From an uncultured Spirochaetia bacterium (GTDB lineage: Bacteria; Spirochaetota; Brachyspiria; Brachyspirales; Brachyspiraceae), in the NCBI GenBank assembly GCA_947040945.1, contig CAMRCO010000001.1, forward strand, positions 1 through 62,183: a DNA stretch of 62,183 bases. Direction: 5' to 3'. The notes under the pieces are model-generated. The model saw nothing but the letters and a program-made list of their open reading frames with translations. It had not been told where the DNA came from and ran no database searches. Positions 9,200 to 17,483 of the stretch are shown here, piece after piece (position 1 is the first letter of the stretch; each line of letters begins with the position of its first letter). The position numbers and the translations under genes were made by a program.

Positions 9200-10473
9200 C
9201 TGTTTGAATCATTTTCCGCAACCCAAGCCTCATACTCACTAGCAACTTCTTCTGGAGTTTTATTTCCAAGAAGCATTTCTTGAATAGCAGGGTTTAATAC
9301 ACCCATTCCTTCAGCATCCATTTTAGCATCAATAACATAACCCATGGGAGTCTCTTCTATGAACTTAATATATTTTGCTGTTAAAGGATCAATATCATAT
9401 TTGCTCATGTCTAAGTTGTAAGTAGTTACAGTGTCAGATTTCATTTTCATATCTGCCCCTATAGCACCTGTATCAAAATACATAAACTCCCAAGCAGCAT
9501 CAGCCTTAGCACCGACAAGTTTAGAACTCATACCAACACCTTCACCTAATGTTACAACACTAGAGTTTGGAAAAGTTTCACCGGGTACTGCAGGATAAAC
9601 TTTCATATCGGTTGTAGCAGCTTGTTCTTCTGTCATAGCACCTTTCATTACAGGAACTCTCCAAGCAGAATCAATTAAATATAATGCCTTACCTTGAATA
9701 AACTCTTCTAAAGCTAAACTATGAGCAAGCTGATTAATTCCAGCACTGAACATTTTTTCTTTTTGAAGCTCATCAATTATTTTAAGAGCATTAACAAAGT
9801 TCGCATCAGAGAACTTAGCGTCCCCTTTCATAGCTTTATCAAACCACTCAGTTCCACCATAACGAGCTACAATAGCACTAAAAAATAATGAGTTCATAAC
9901 CCAATCAGCTGAGTTACCAAAAGCAATAGGAGTGTAACCTGCATTACGAATAATTTCACCTTGTGCAATTAACTCTTCATGTGTTTTAGGAAATGTTAAT
10001 CCTAGCTCATCAAGAATTTTTGTGTTTACATACATTACATGAGCTACTGCTAAGTTTGGAGAAACAAAATAAATCTCTCCATTGTCGCCTTGAGCATCCC
10101 AAATATTATCATTATATTCAGATTTAACTTTGTCAGTATAAGATGAAATATCTTTAACAAGTCCTCTATCTGTAATATATGCAGTTCTTGAACCTAGATA
10201 TATTGTAAAAATATCTGGAGTTATACCCGCTGCTGTCATAGCTTGAAATTTTTGATGATAAGCTTCACCACTTACAAATTCCCACTCAATTTTAATATTA
10301 GTATGTGATTTTTCAAACGCTTCCATGATGTCCATACTTTCTTTATGTTGTGGATGAACAGGATCAATTTGACGGAATCCAACTAATGTAACAACACCGT
10401 CTTCAGTTTTCTCGCTTTTACCACAAGATAAAGCAAGCATTAAAATAATAATCGACAATAACAACTTCTTCAT
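9190..10473 (-). CDS. ABC transporter extracellular solute-binding lipoprotein, copy 2
   Basis: 427 aa, identical to copy 1 except one residue (N->S near the C-terminus). It has its own identical 85-bp upstream region. Confidence 0.85.
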   Translation of the reverse strand: MKKLLLSIIILMLALSCGKSEKTEDGVVTLVGFRQIDPVHPQHKESMDIMEAFEKSHTNIKIEWEFVSGEAYHQKFQAMTAAGITPDIFTIYLGSRTAYITDRGLVKDISSYTDKVKSEYNDNIWDAQGDNGEIYFVSPNLAVAHVMYVNTKILDELGLTFPKTHEELIAQGEIIRNAGYTPIAFGNSADWVMNSLFFSAIVARYGGTEWFDKAMKGDAKFSDANFVNALKIIDELQKEKMFSAGINQLAHSLALEEFIQGKALYLIDSAWRVPVMKGAMTEEQAATTDMKVYPAVPGETFPNSSVVTLGEGVGMSSKLVGAKADAAWEFMYFDTGAIGADMKMKSDTVTTYNLDMSKYDIDPLTAKYIKFIEETPMGYVIDAKMDAEGMGVLNPAIQEMLLGNKTPEEVASEYEAWVAENDSNRKK

Positions 10474-10573
10474 AAATACCCCTTTAAATTAAATAGCTAA
10501 ATTATAGCACTTGAAGTGTAGCACAAAAATTTAATTAATCAATAGGAAAATAAAAGTATAAAAAAAAGCTTTC

Positions 10574-10993
10574 TTAAAAATTATATAAATAAAGGTCTAT
10601 ATCTATTTCTGTATCTGTTTCATAACAAAATTTAATTATCTCTTTTGATGGAGAAAGACAAGGAGTACTTTCGTCTACATAAATAGATGGAACAATTTCT
10701 AAAGTATAATATACCTCACTACATTTATCTTTAATCTCTTTTAATTCTTTCACCTTTGACAATAAAGGTTCAATTGTTTTAAGCATTTGATTTTCGACAT
10801 AAACATCATAGTCACTACATCTACCAATTTCCCATAAAGCAAAGCCATATTCTGTGCCATTTATTCGTTTATCCCCAATTCTCCATTCTTTCTCTGGTAG
10901 TAGTGCTAAAGTGGCTGAAATAAAATCAGGATCAAAATCCCCTGTAATCTTAAAATATGTATAACAACTATTTTTTTTAAGTGACATAAACAT
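10574..10993 (-). CDS. DUF4279 domain protein
   Basis: 139 aa. CYTYFKITGDFDPDFISATLALLPEKEWRIGDKR... and C-terminal EIDIDLYLY fit the DUF4279 pattern by eye. No signal peptide. Confidence 0.65.
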   Translation of the reverse strand: MFMSLKKNSCYTYFKITGDFDPDFISATLALLPEKEWRIGDKRINGTEYGFALWEIGRCSDYDVYVENQMLKTIEPLLSKVKELKEIKDKCSEVYYTLEIVPSIYVDESTPCLSPSKEIIKFCYETDTEIDIDLYLYNF

Positions 10994-11042
10994 AGTCTCC
11001 TTTATGCTAACATAATATCACAACAATTTCATTTATCAATAA

Positions 11043-11072
11043 TAAAAAAGCCCCACTAATTATAGTAGAGCT
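11043..11072 (-). terminator. Rho-independent terminator of the 11094-11741 gene
   Basis: On the minus-strand RNA: AGCUCUACU-AUAAUU-AGUGGGGCU, a 9-bp stem with two G.U pairs, followed by UUUUUUAU. Confidence 0.5.
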
Positions 11073-11093
11073 TTTGAACTATTATAATATTTA

Positions 11094-11741
11094 CTAATTA
11101 AATATTATAGAACTCATAGAGTCTAGTGTTTTAGGTAAGCTATTTTCAATACTATTTTTTTGAAATAAATAGTCGAGAACTAAATAGCCATTACTATTAT
11201 CATTAAAAACTATTCGCAGTAAATAGGTATCATAGAATAACACCCTAAACTGTATTGCCTTCTTGTTATTTATAATGTAATATTTTTCAGAGTATCCATC
11301 TAAAGAACTAAAAGACTTCATATTTTCTATAAGAGAATTAAGACTATTTTTGTCTTTCAGAATACTTCCAATAATTAAAGCGAAACCAGAATTTTTATCC
11401 ATAAAAATGTCATCTACAGTTATTCCAAACTTTTCACTATAGTCTGATTTTTCTATAAATAGTTTTTTACTTTCATCATCTAATATTTTCATGTCTTTAG
11501 GTGGTATTAATGAAGCACCTAAATTAGTTATAGAATATCTATTATCAAGAGAATTATTATGCTCTATATTTAATACTCTAAATCTACTAGACTCTAACTC
11601 AAAAAAATCACTGTATACCTCTTCATTACTATCATTTGTAATAGTTGTGCTATTGGTTTCAGTGCTTAAATCCTCTTGATTTTTATTGTCATTACAACCT
11701 ATAAAAAATAAAGTTATTATAAAAAGTAAATAAAATTTCAT
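11094..11741 (-). CDS. hypothetical lipoprotein
   Basis: 215 aa. Signal plus lipobox MKFYLLFIITLFFIGC. No family recognised. Confidence 0.6.
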   Translation of the reverse strand: MKFYLLFIITLFFIGCNDNKNQEDLSTETNSTTITNDSNEEVYSDFFELESSRFRVLNIEHNNSLDNRYSITNLGASLIPPKDMKILDDESKKLFIEKSDYSEKFGITVDDIFMDKNSGFALIIGSILKDKNSLNSLIENMKSFSSLDGYSEKYYIINNKKAIQFRVLFYDTYLLRIVFNDNSNGYLVLDYLFQKNSIENSLPKTLDSMSSIIFN

Positions 11742-11752
11742 AATTAGAAATC

Positions 11753-12040
11753 TTATTTTGTTACAATAACAGTTCTGCTAGTAATTGATACAACCCCAGT
11801 AAAGAAATTAATTATCCAATCAAGACCAGTGTGAGTTGTCTCTATTTCATAATTTGCTGAACCTCCAGCCATTTCATTAGAATCAACGTCACCTATAGGT
11901 ACTAATCCCCAAAGTGCATACCATTGTCTTTTTTCAACTGTAGCCCCACCTTGTGCACCTGAACCAATTATATGCTTATGTGAAGCACATGATGTTAAAA
12001 GTATACTAAATACTAATAACAAAATCATCATTTTTTTCAT
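11753..12040 (-). CDS. small lipoprotein, Bor/Iss-like
   Basis: 95 aa. Signal plus lipobox LLTSC. WYALWGLVPIGDVD...GGSANYEIET...FFTGVVSITSRTVIVT resembles the Bor-family layout by eye. Confidence 0.45.
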   Translation of the reverse strand: MKKMMILLLVFSILLTSCASHKHIIGSGAQGGATVEKRQWYALWGLVPIGDVDSNEMAGGSANYEIETTHTGLDWIINFFTGVVSITSRTVIVTK

Positions 12041-12226
12041 AACTCGAAATCCTTAAAGTAAAATTTTTATATTAAAATAGAGTATTAGAACCTTAAGATA
12101 AGGTATATACTTTACAAAAAAATATTTTTATTCTAATCTATTAGAAAGCCTTAATTTCAGAACAATAATAATATATTTAAACATACATATAATATTTATC
12201 ATATAATTACTATAATATCAACTGTC

Positions 12227-13411
12227 TTAGTTTTGTGTTACTTCTATATTATTAATAACAGCAAGATCATTTGTTGCTACTTTATTAGTAAAATTATAGC
12301 CTTGTTTAATTTCTGTTATATTACTATAAAACTTATTAATGAGGTCATAACCTGATTTCATTCTATCAAAATCAACTGCCGTATATTTATATAAATTTGT
12401 GTATGGCAAGCTTAGGCTAGGGTCTTCATGTGTAGGTATTACTCTCGCTCGTTTAATACCCTCACTTGTGTTGTAATAATAAATATATGTTGAGAAATAT
12501 GAAAAGTTATATTGTTTTTTATCATTAACTGTAAGCTTAACTGTAACACCTGTATCTATATAGTCATAAGTGTATTTATGATTTGCTATAAAGTTTCCAA
12601 GTGAATAAATAATAACCCCACTATGATTAGTCCCTTCATACCATTCTGCAGGTCGTGGAACATGTGGGTGATGCCCAACAACTATATCAACTCCTGCCTC
12701 TACCATGTCACGTAAAAGTTTTTTATCATACGGTCTTACAGCAGTAACATACTCGTCTCCATAATGAATAGAAACAATACGTAAAGTTTCTGATGGCACA
12801 TTTTCTAAATCAATTTTAAGCTTTTCTAAAAGTTTATTATAATCTGGATAAAAGTTCATGTAATAGGCACTTCCATCTTTGTCTTTCATTTTCCATTTAG
12901 CAAGCCCATTATCGAGTGTAGAAAACGCTGTTAAAAAAAGATCAACACCATTTATATTTGTTATAACAGGTTTAACATATTCTCCATTTGTGCTTCCTCC
13001 AATTGGTAAAGCTCCAAAGGAGTCAACAAAGCCAATAGTATCAATTTGACTTTTAGCCCCTTGATCATAAACATGATTATTGGCAACACTGTATAAATTA
13101 AAAAAAGATGAAAAATATTTTAAATATTCGTAAGTACCATTAAATTGCGGATATGGTAACGCACCTTTATTTGTATTCACAACAAACTCAAGATTAGCAA
13201 ACGCCAAGTCAGCTTTAAGGTCATTAGAAAGATGCATGAGCATACTGTCGTCGCCTGCCAAACTGCCCTCAAGAAAAGGATGTGTCATAATGTCGCCTGA
13301 AAAAATAAAAGTAACTTCTTTAACTTCTTCAGGAACAACCTCTTTCTTTTCGCAAGAATATATAAAAATTACTAACAATAAACATATAGTAAAAGCATTG
13401 CATTTTTTCAT
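12227..13411 (-). CDS. CapA/PGA_cap family metallophosphoesterase-like lipoprotein
   Basis: 394 aa. Lipobox IFIYSC. Motifs FSGDIMTHP, VVGHHPHVPRP and YSLGNF are typical of the CapA family. Confidence 0.8.
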   Translation of the reverse strand: MKKCNAFTICLLLVIFIYSCEKKEVVPEEVKEVTFIFSGDIMTHPFLEGSLAGDDSMLMHLSNDLKADLAFANLEFVVNTNKGALPYPQFNGTYEYLKYFSSFFNLYSVANNHVYDQGAKSQIDTIGFVDSFGALPIGGSTNGEYVKPVITNINGVDLFLTAFSTLDNGLAKWKMKDKDGSAYYMNFYPDYNKLLEKLKIDLENVPSETLRIVSIHYGDEYVTAVRPYDKKLLRDMVEAGVDIVVGHHPHVPRPAEWYEGTNHSGVIIYSLGNFIANHKYTYDYIDTGVTVKLTVNDKKQYNFSYFSTYIYYYNTSEGIKRARVIPTHEDPSLSLPYTNLYKYTAVDFDRMKSGYDLINKFYSNITEIKQGYNFTNKVATNDLAVINNIEVTQN

Positions 13412-13519
13412 AATAGAATATTCCTTAATATATTAAATAAAATTATCGTAAATTACATAATATACCAAAATGTTCTTTTTTCAAGCTAATAATAGTATAT
13501 AAAAAATAAAATTATTTTG

Positions 13520-13547
13520 TTGACTTTTTTATTTTATGATATAGGAT
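13520..13547 (+). promoter_or_regulatory. candidate sigma70-type promoter for the MATE leader
   Basis: TTGACT (13520-13525), 16-nt spacer, TAGGAT (13542-13547). Chance matches are frequent in AT-rich DNA. Confidence 0.25.
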
Positions 13548-13575
13548 TCTCAAATCTATAAAGAGGTGATATCTG

Positions 13576-13650
13576 TTGGAAAAAAATTTACAATATAAAC
13601 ACATGACGCACGAGCAAACATACAGTTTGTTACGTGGTGGCCTCTATTAA
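13576..13650 (+). CDS. candidate 24-codon leader peptide (uORF) upstream of the MATE gene
   Basis: AAGAGGTGAT (13561-13570, near-perfect SD), 5 nt, then TTG. It encodes (M)EKNLQYKHMTHEQTYSLLRGGLY and stops at 13648-13650. An internal in-frame ATG at 13603 has no SD. Confidence 0.3.
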   Translation: MEKNLQYKHMTHEQTYSLLRGGLY

Positions 13651-13763
13651 TCACACCCCTTACAAAAACACAAAACACACATACAGTTTAATCTTAAAAC
13701 AATAATTTAAATATACTTATAAAATATTTATTCTAAAATAAAATATTAACATAAAGGACAAAA

Positions 13764-15125
13764 ATGAAACTTAATAAAGAATCTCTTTTAATACACTCAA
13801 GTAGGGCTATGTTCGTAAGATACGCAGTACCGGGCATGATTGGAACTTTAATGGCAACTATTGCTGGTATGGTTGACGGGCTATTTGTTGCAAGGTTTGT
13901 TAATGCTGATGCATTTGCCGCCATTGGTGTAATCTGGCCAATAACATCTCTTACATTTGGTGTTTTCGTTATGCTTACAGTTGGGGCAACTGCGGTTGCT
14001 GGAAAGTTTATTGGGGAGAACAAACGAATACGTGCTAACTTGGTGTTCACTCAAACTTTAATTGTAACCACTATATTTGGAATAGTATCTACTATCATTT
14101 TATATAATTTTAGGCATATTATTCAGCCGATACTTGGTGCTCATGGTGAAGTTCTTAAATACACAAATGAATATATACTGCCTCTACTTGTCGCATCTTT
14201 TTTTATGGGTACAGCATACACACTTACACAGTTTGTTAAACTTGATGGCTCACCACGATTCGCTTCATCAGCTTTTGTCGTAGCCGCTTCAATGAATATT
14301 ATTTTAGATGCTTTGTTTATAGTAGTATTTAAATGGGGAATAGCAGGTGCAGGATGGGCAACAGCAATATCTCAGTTCACAGCACTTCTTATGATGTGTT
14401 GCCACTTTTTTAGAGCAAAAGCACATCTTAGAATTATAAAAGTATATGGTGGATGGGGCTATGTTGTAAAGGCAGCGCTCAATGGATTTTCAGAGTTTAT
14501 TAATTCAGCATCAGGCGGGCTAATTCCTTGGCTTATAAATATTACAGCTTTTAGAATTGCAGGCAATGCAGGTATACTTGCTTATTCTGTTGCAAATTAT
14601 GCATTTTTTGGTTTTACTATGCTTTTATATGCATTAAGCGAATCTATTCAGCCACTTATAAGTGTGTCGTATGGAGCAAAAAACCTACATAAAATAAAGT
14701 CATTCTTGGGAATCGCCCTCTCTTTAGGTGTATTTATTTCAGGAATTTTGACAGCTATTTTATTCTTAAAGCCAAACCTACTTGCGAATATATTTTTAGT
14801 TAATGTTGAAAAAGAAACTTATGATGTTGCTATATTTTTCTTACGTGCCATTTCAATATCATTTATACCTGCTTCTATAAGTATTATTATGAGTTCATAT
14901 TATACTTCAGTTCAGTGTGCAGGTGCTAGTGCTACTGTAGCTTTTTTAAGAAGTCTATTATTACCTGTTATTTTTATATTAACACTCCCCTATATGCTAG
15001 ATGCACTTGGGCTTGTTATGGTTATACCTTTAGCTGAAGTTATTACATTTCTTATTGCTCTACTACTTTATAAAAAACGTAAAGCAAGTATTCTTTTGGG
15101 TATGAATCTAGTAAGTACAAAATAG
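13764..15125 (+). CDS. MATE family efflux transporter
   Basis: 453 aa, about 12 hydrophobic spans. N-terminal pattern MFVRYAVPGMIGTLMATIAGMVDGLFVARFV is typical of MATE/NorM-like proteins. Confidence 0.85.
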   Translation: MKLNKESLLIHSSRAMFVRYAVPGMIGTLMATIAGMVDGLFVARFVNADAFAAIGVIWPITSLTFGVFVMLTVGATAVAGKFIGENKRIRANLVFTQTLIVTTIFGIVSTIILYNFRHIIQPILGAHGEVLKYTNEYILPLLVASFFMGTAYTLTQFVKLDGSPRFASSAFVVAASMNIILDALFIVVFKWGIAGAGWATAISQFTALLMMCCHFFRAKAHLRIIKVYGGWGYVVKAALNGFSEFINSASGGLIPWLINITAFRIAGNAGILAYSVANYAFFGFTMLLYALSESIQPLISVSYGAKNLHKIKSFLGIALSLGVFISGILTAILFLKPNLLANIFLVNVEKETYDVAIFFLRAISISFIPASISIIMSSYYTSVQCAGASATVAFLRSLLLPVIFILTLPYMLDALGLVMVIPLAEVITFLIALLLYKKRKASILLGMNLVSTK

Positions 15126-15143
15126 AACTCTTTGGTAAATATA

Positions 15144-15192
15144 TAAACAGGTATAGAAATATGACTTTGGTAACACTTTTATACCTGTTTTT
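15144..15192 (+). terminator. Rho-independent terminator after the MATE gene
   Basis: 11-bp perfect stems aaacaggtata (15144-15154) and tatacctgttt (15179-15189), a 24-nt loop, then a T-run to 15192. Confidence 0.5.
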
Positions 15193-15217
15193 TAATACTT
15201 TATTAAAGACTTATTAA

Positions 15218-17392
15218 CTATTTAGTAGCGTTCTCAATAAGTTTTACTGTTTTAGGAGAGCCATAGTTTGAGGCATTTTTTAATGGTGTATCACCCTCAT
15301 TATTTTCTACGTTAGCATCTGCTCCTGCCTCAAGTAGAAGCTTAGCAGGAGTTTCAATTTTCTTTCTAGAGGCAATAATTAAAGCTGTGTCTCCTTTATC
15401 ATTTTTCGCATTAACATCTGCCCCTACATTAATAAGCAATTTTAATATTTCTGAAGAATTTTTTCTAGAAGCAATAATTAAAGGGGTGTCTCCTTTATTA
15501 TTTTTTACATTAACATTAGCTCCTGCCTCAAGAAGAAGTTTTACCATTTCTAGTTTTTTAGGATAACTGTAATAACTATGATTTAGGGCGAGCATTAAAA
15601 GTGTGTTTTCATTATAATCAAGTCCAGCATTAACATCTGCTCCTGATTCTAAAAGCAATTTTATAATATCTATATTACTATAAGACAAAATTAAAGCTGT
15701 ATATCCATTATTATTTTTTGCTTTAATATCTGCTCCATTTTCAATTAAATATTTTACAACTTCTAAATGCTCATTTTGTGTAGCAGATATTAAAGGAGTG
15801 CTATAAGAGCTTGCGATATTAACGTCCGCTCCATTGTTCACTAAATACTTCACAACTTCTAAGTGTCCATTTAGTGCAGCTACTTCTAAAACTGTTGATT
15901 CAAAAGATTCATATTCATCATCTATTAAATATAACTTATTAACTAAAGCTCCATTGTCAACTAAATACTTTACTATTTCAATATCACCATTTAATGCAGC
16001 ACTATATAAAGCGTCATTCTCTTTAACTGAAGCCCCTTCATCAATTAAAAGTTTTACTATTTCAATATGCCCATTTAATGATGCCACTGACAAAGGCAGT
16101 ACTCCATAACTCTGTTTATTTACATCTACTCCTGCATCAATTAAAAGTTTTACTATTTCAATATATCCTTTTTTAGATGGCTCATATAAATAAGCATACC
16201 AACCATCATCTTGATTAACTGAAGCCCCTTCCTCAATTAAAAGCTTTACTATTTCAGTATGCCCGCTTGCTGACGCATGATTTAAAGCAGTATCACTATC
16301 ATTATATCCTTCAATATTAATATCTGCTCCGTTTTCAATTAAATATTTTACTATTTCAATATTACCTTCAGACGCCGCCCAAATTAAAGGAGTCATACCA
16401 CTATTTAAATATTCATCAGCAACATTAACTAAAGCATTTTTTTTAATAAGTAGTTTTACTATTTCAATATTACCTCCATCAGAAGATGCAAATGTTAAAG
16501 CTGTAATCCCTTCACTTTCAGCATTAACTGAAGCTTTCTTGTCTATTAAAAGTTTTACTATTTCAATATTCCCACCGTCCATAGAAGCTCGCATTAAAGG
16601 TGTTATTCCTCCATTGTCGGGAGTGTTAACATCTGCTCCATTTTTTATTAGCATCTCAACTTTTTTTAAGTCTCCAAGCCTAATGGCTTTATTAAGCTCA
16701 GGTTCATCATTTGTGGGATAAATAATTGCTTTATTTTTAACAAGAAATTTTAGAAGCTCATCATCATTATAATTTTCAGCTGAATATAGAATTTCATTAT
16801 ATTCATCTTCAGTTTTTAGAGTAGCCCCATATTCAATTAAAAGTTTTATTGTTTCACCATTAGACTCCTCATGAGGATCATAGTAAGAGGCGTTCTTTAA
16901 AGCTGTGATACCACCAATAGAGTCCCCTACAATATTAACATCCGCTCCATTCTCTAATAATAATTTTACAATATCTATAGAAGATGCTCTCATTAAAGCA
17001 GTTTTTCCATCAACATTTGTAGAATTAACATCTGCTCCATTCTCTAATAATAATTTTACAATATCGACATCTCCATTTCCAGAAGCATACCACAATGCAG
17101 TTTTGTTAATATCAAGACTTGGGTCAGCTCCATTTTTGATTAAGTATTTAACCATTTCTAAATCCCCATTACCTGTTGCTTTTACCAAAGGAGCCACACC
17201 AATCTTATTATCAAAATTAATATCAGCACTCTTTTCAATTAAATGTTTTACCATTTCCAAGTCATAATCTTCTACTGCTATATAGAGTAAAATATTTTTT
17301 TCATCTAACGACATAATAATAGTATCAGACTCTATTTTAGTTTCTTCACAAGCAAGTGATAATAATAAAACAAGCAATAAAATTATTTTCAT
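15218..17392 (-). CDS. ankyrin-repeat lipoprotein (about 20 ANK repeats)
   Basis: Repeated G.T(A/P)L..A...G..E(I/V)VK(L/Y)L(I/L)..GA(D/S)VN units. The likely start is ATG at 17392 (MKIILLLVLLLSLAC, lipobox) with aaagg upstream. The track start at 17407 is TTG. Confidence 0.85.
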   Translation of the reverse strand: MKIILLLVLLLSLACEETKIESDTIIMSLDEKNILLYIAVEDYDLEMVKHLIEKSADINFDNKIGVAPLVKATGNGDLEMVKYLIKNGADPSLDINKTALWYASGNGDVDIVKLLLENGADVNSTNVDGKTALMRASSIDIVKLLLENGADVNIVGDSIGGITALKNASYYDPHEESNGETIKLLIEYGATLKTEDEYNEILYSAENYNDDELLKFLVKNKAIIYPTNDEPELNKAIRLGDLKKVEMLIKNGADVNTPDNGGITPLMRASMDGGNIEIVKLLIDKKASVNAESEGITALTFASSDGGNIEIVKLLIKKNALVNVADEYLNSGMTPLIWAASEGNIEIVKYLIENGADINIEGYNDSDTALNHASASGHTEIVKLLIEEGASVNQDDGWYAYLYEPSKKGYIEIVKLLIDAGVDVNKQSYGVLPLSVASLNGHIEIVKLLIDEGASVKENDALYSAALNGDIEIVKYLVDNGALVNKLYLIDDEYESFESTVLEVAALNGHLEVVKYLVNNGADVNIASSYSTPLISATQNEHLEVVKYLIENGADIKAKNNNGYTALILSYSNIDIIKLLLESGADVNAGLDYNENTLLMLALNHSYYSYPKKLEMVKLLLEAGANVNVKNNKGDTPLIIASRKNSSEILKLLINVGADVNAKNDKGDTALIIASRKKIETPAKLLLEAGADANVENNEGDTPLKNASNYGSPKTVKLIENATK

Positions 17393-17483
17393 TTTTTTAC
17401 CTTTCAAAATTTTTTTTTATTATTATATAATAAAACTATATTCTATAACAGCATTCAAATTAAATATTTTATGAGGCAAATAA

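Larger units (their letters stand above)
7732..10558 (-). repeat. tandem direct repeat, period 1458 bp (SBP gene plus its upstream region)
   Basis: My base-by-base comparison shows 7790-9100 = 9248-10558 (1311 bp, no mismatch seen). 7732-7789 versus 9190-9247 differ at 7 positions: 7747, 7759, 7771, 7774, 7777, 7781 and 7789. Confidence 0.95.

Noticed and set aside
15218-17392. The regular ~99-bp periodic DNA repeats could be mistaken for a CRISPR-like or other non-coding array.
   Set aside because: The periodicity is the 33-codon ankyrin repeat of one continuous ORF. The intervening segments are not unique spacers, and no cas genes are present.
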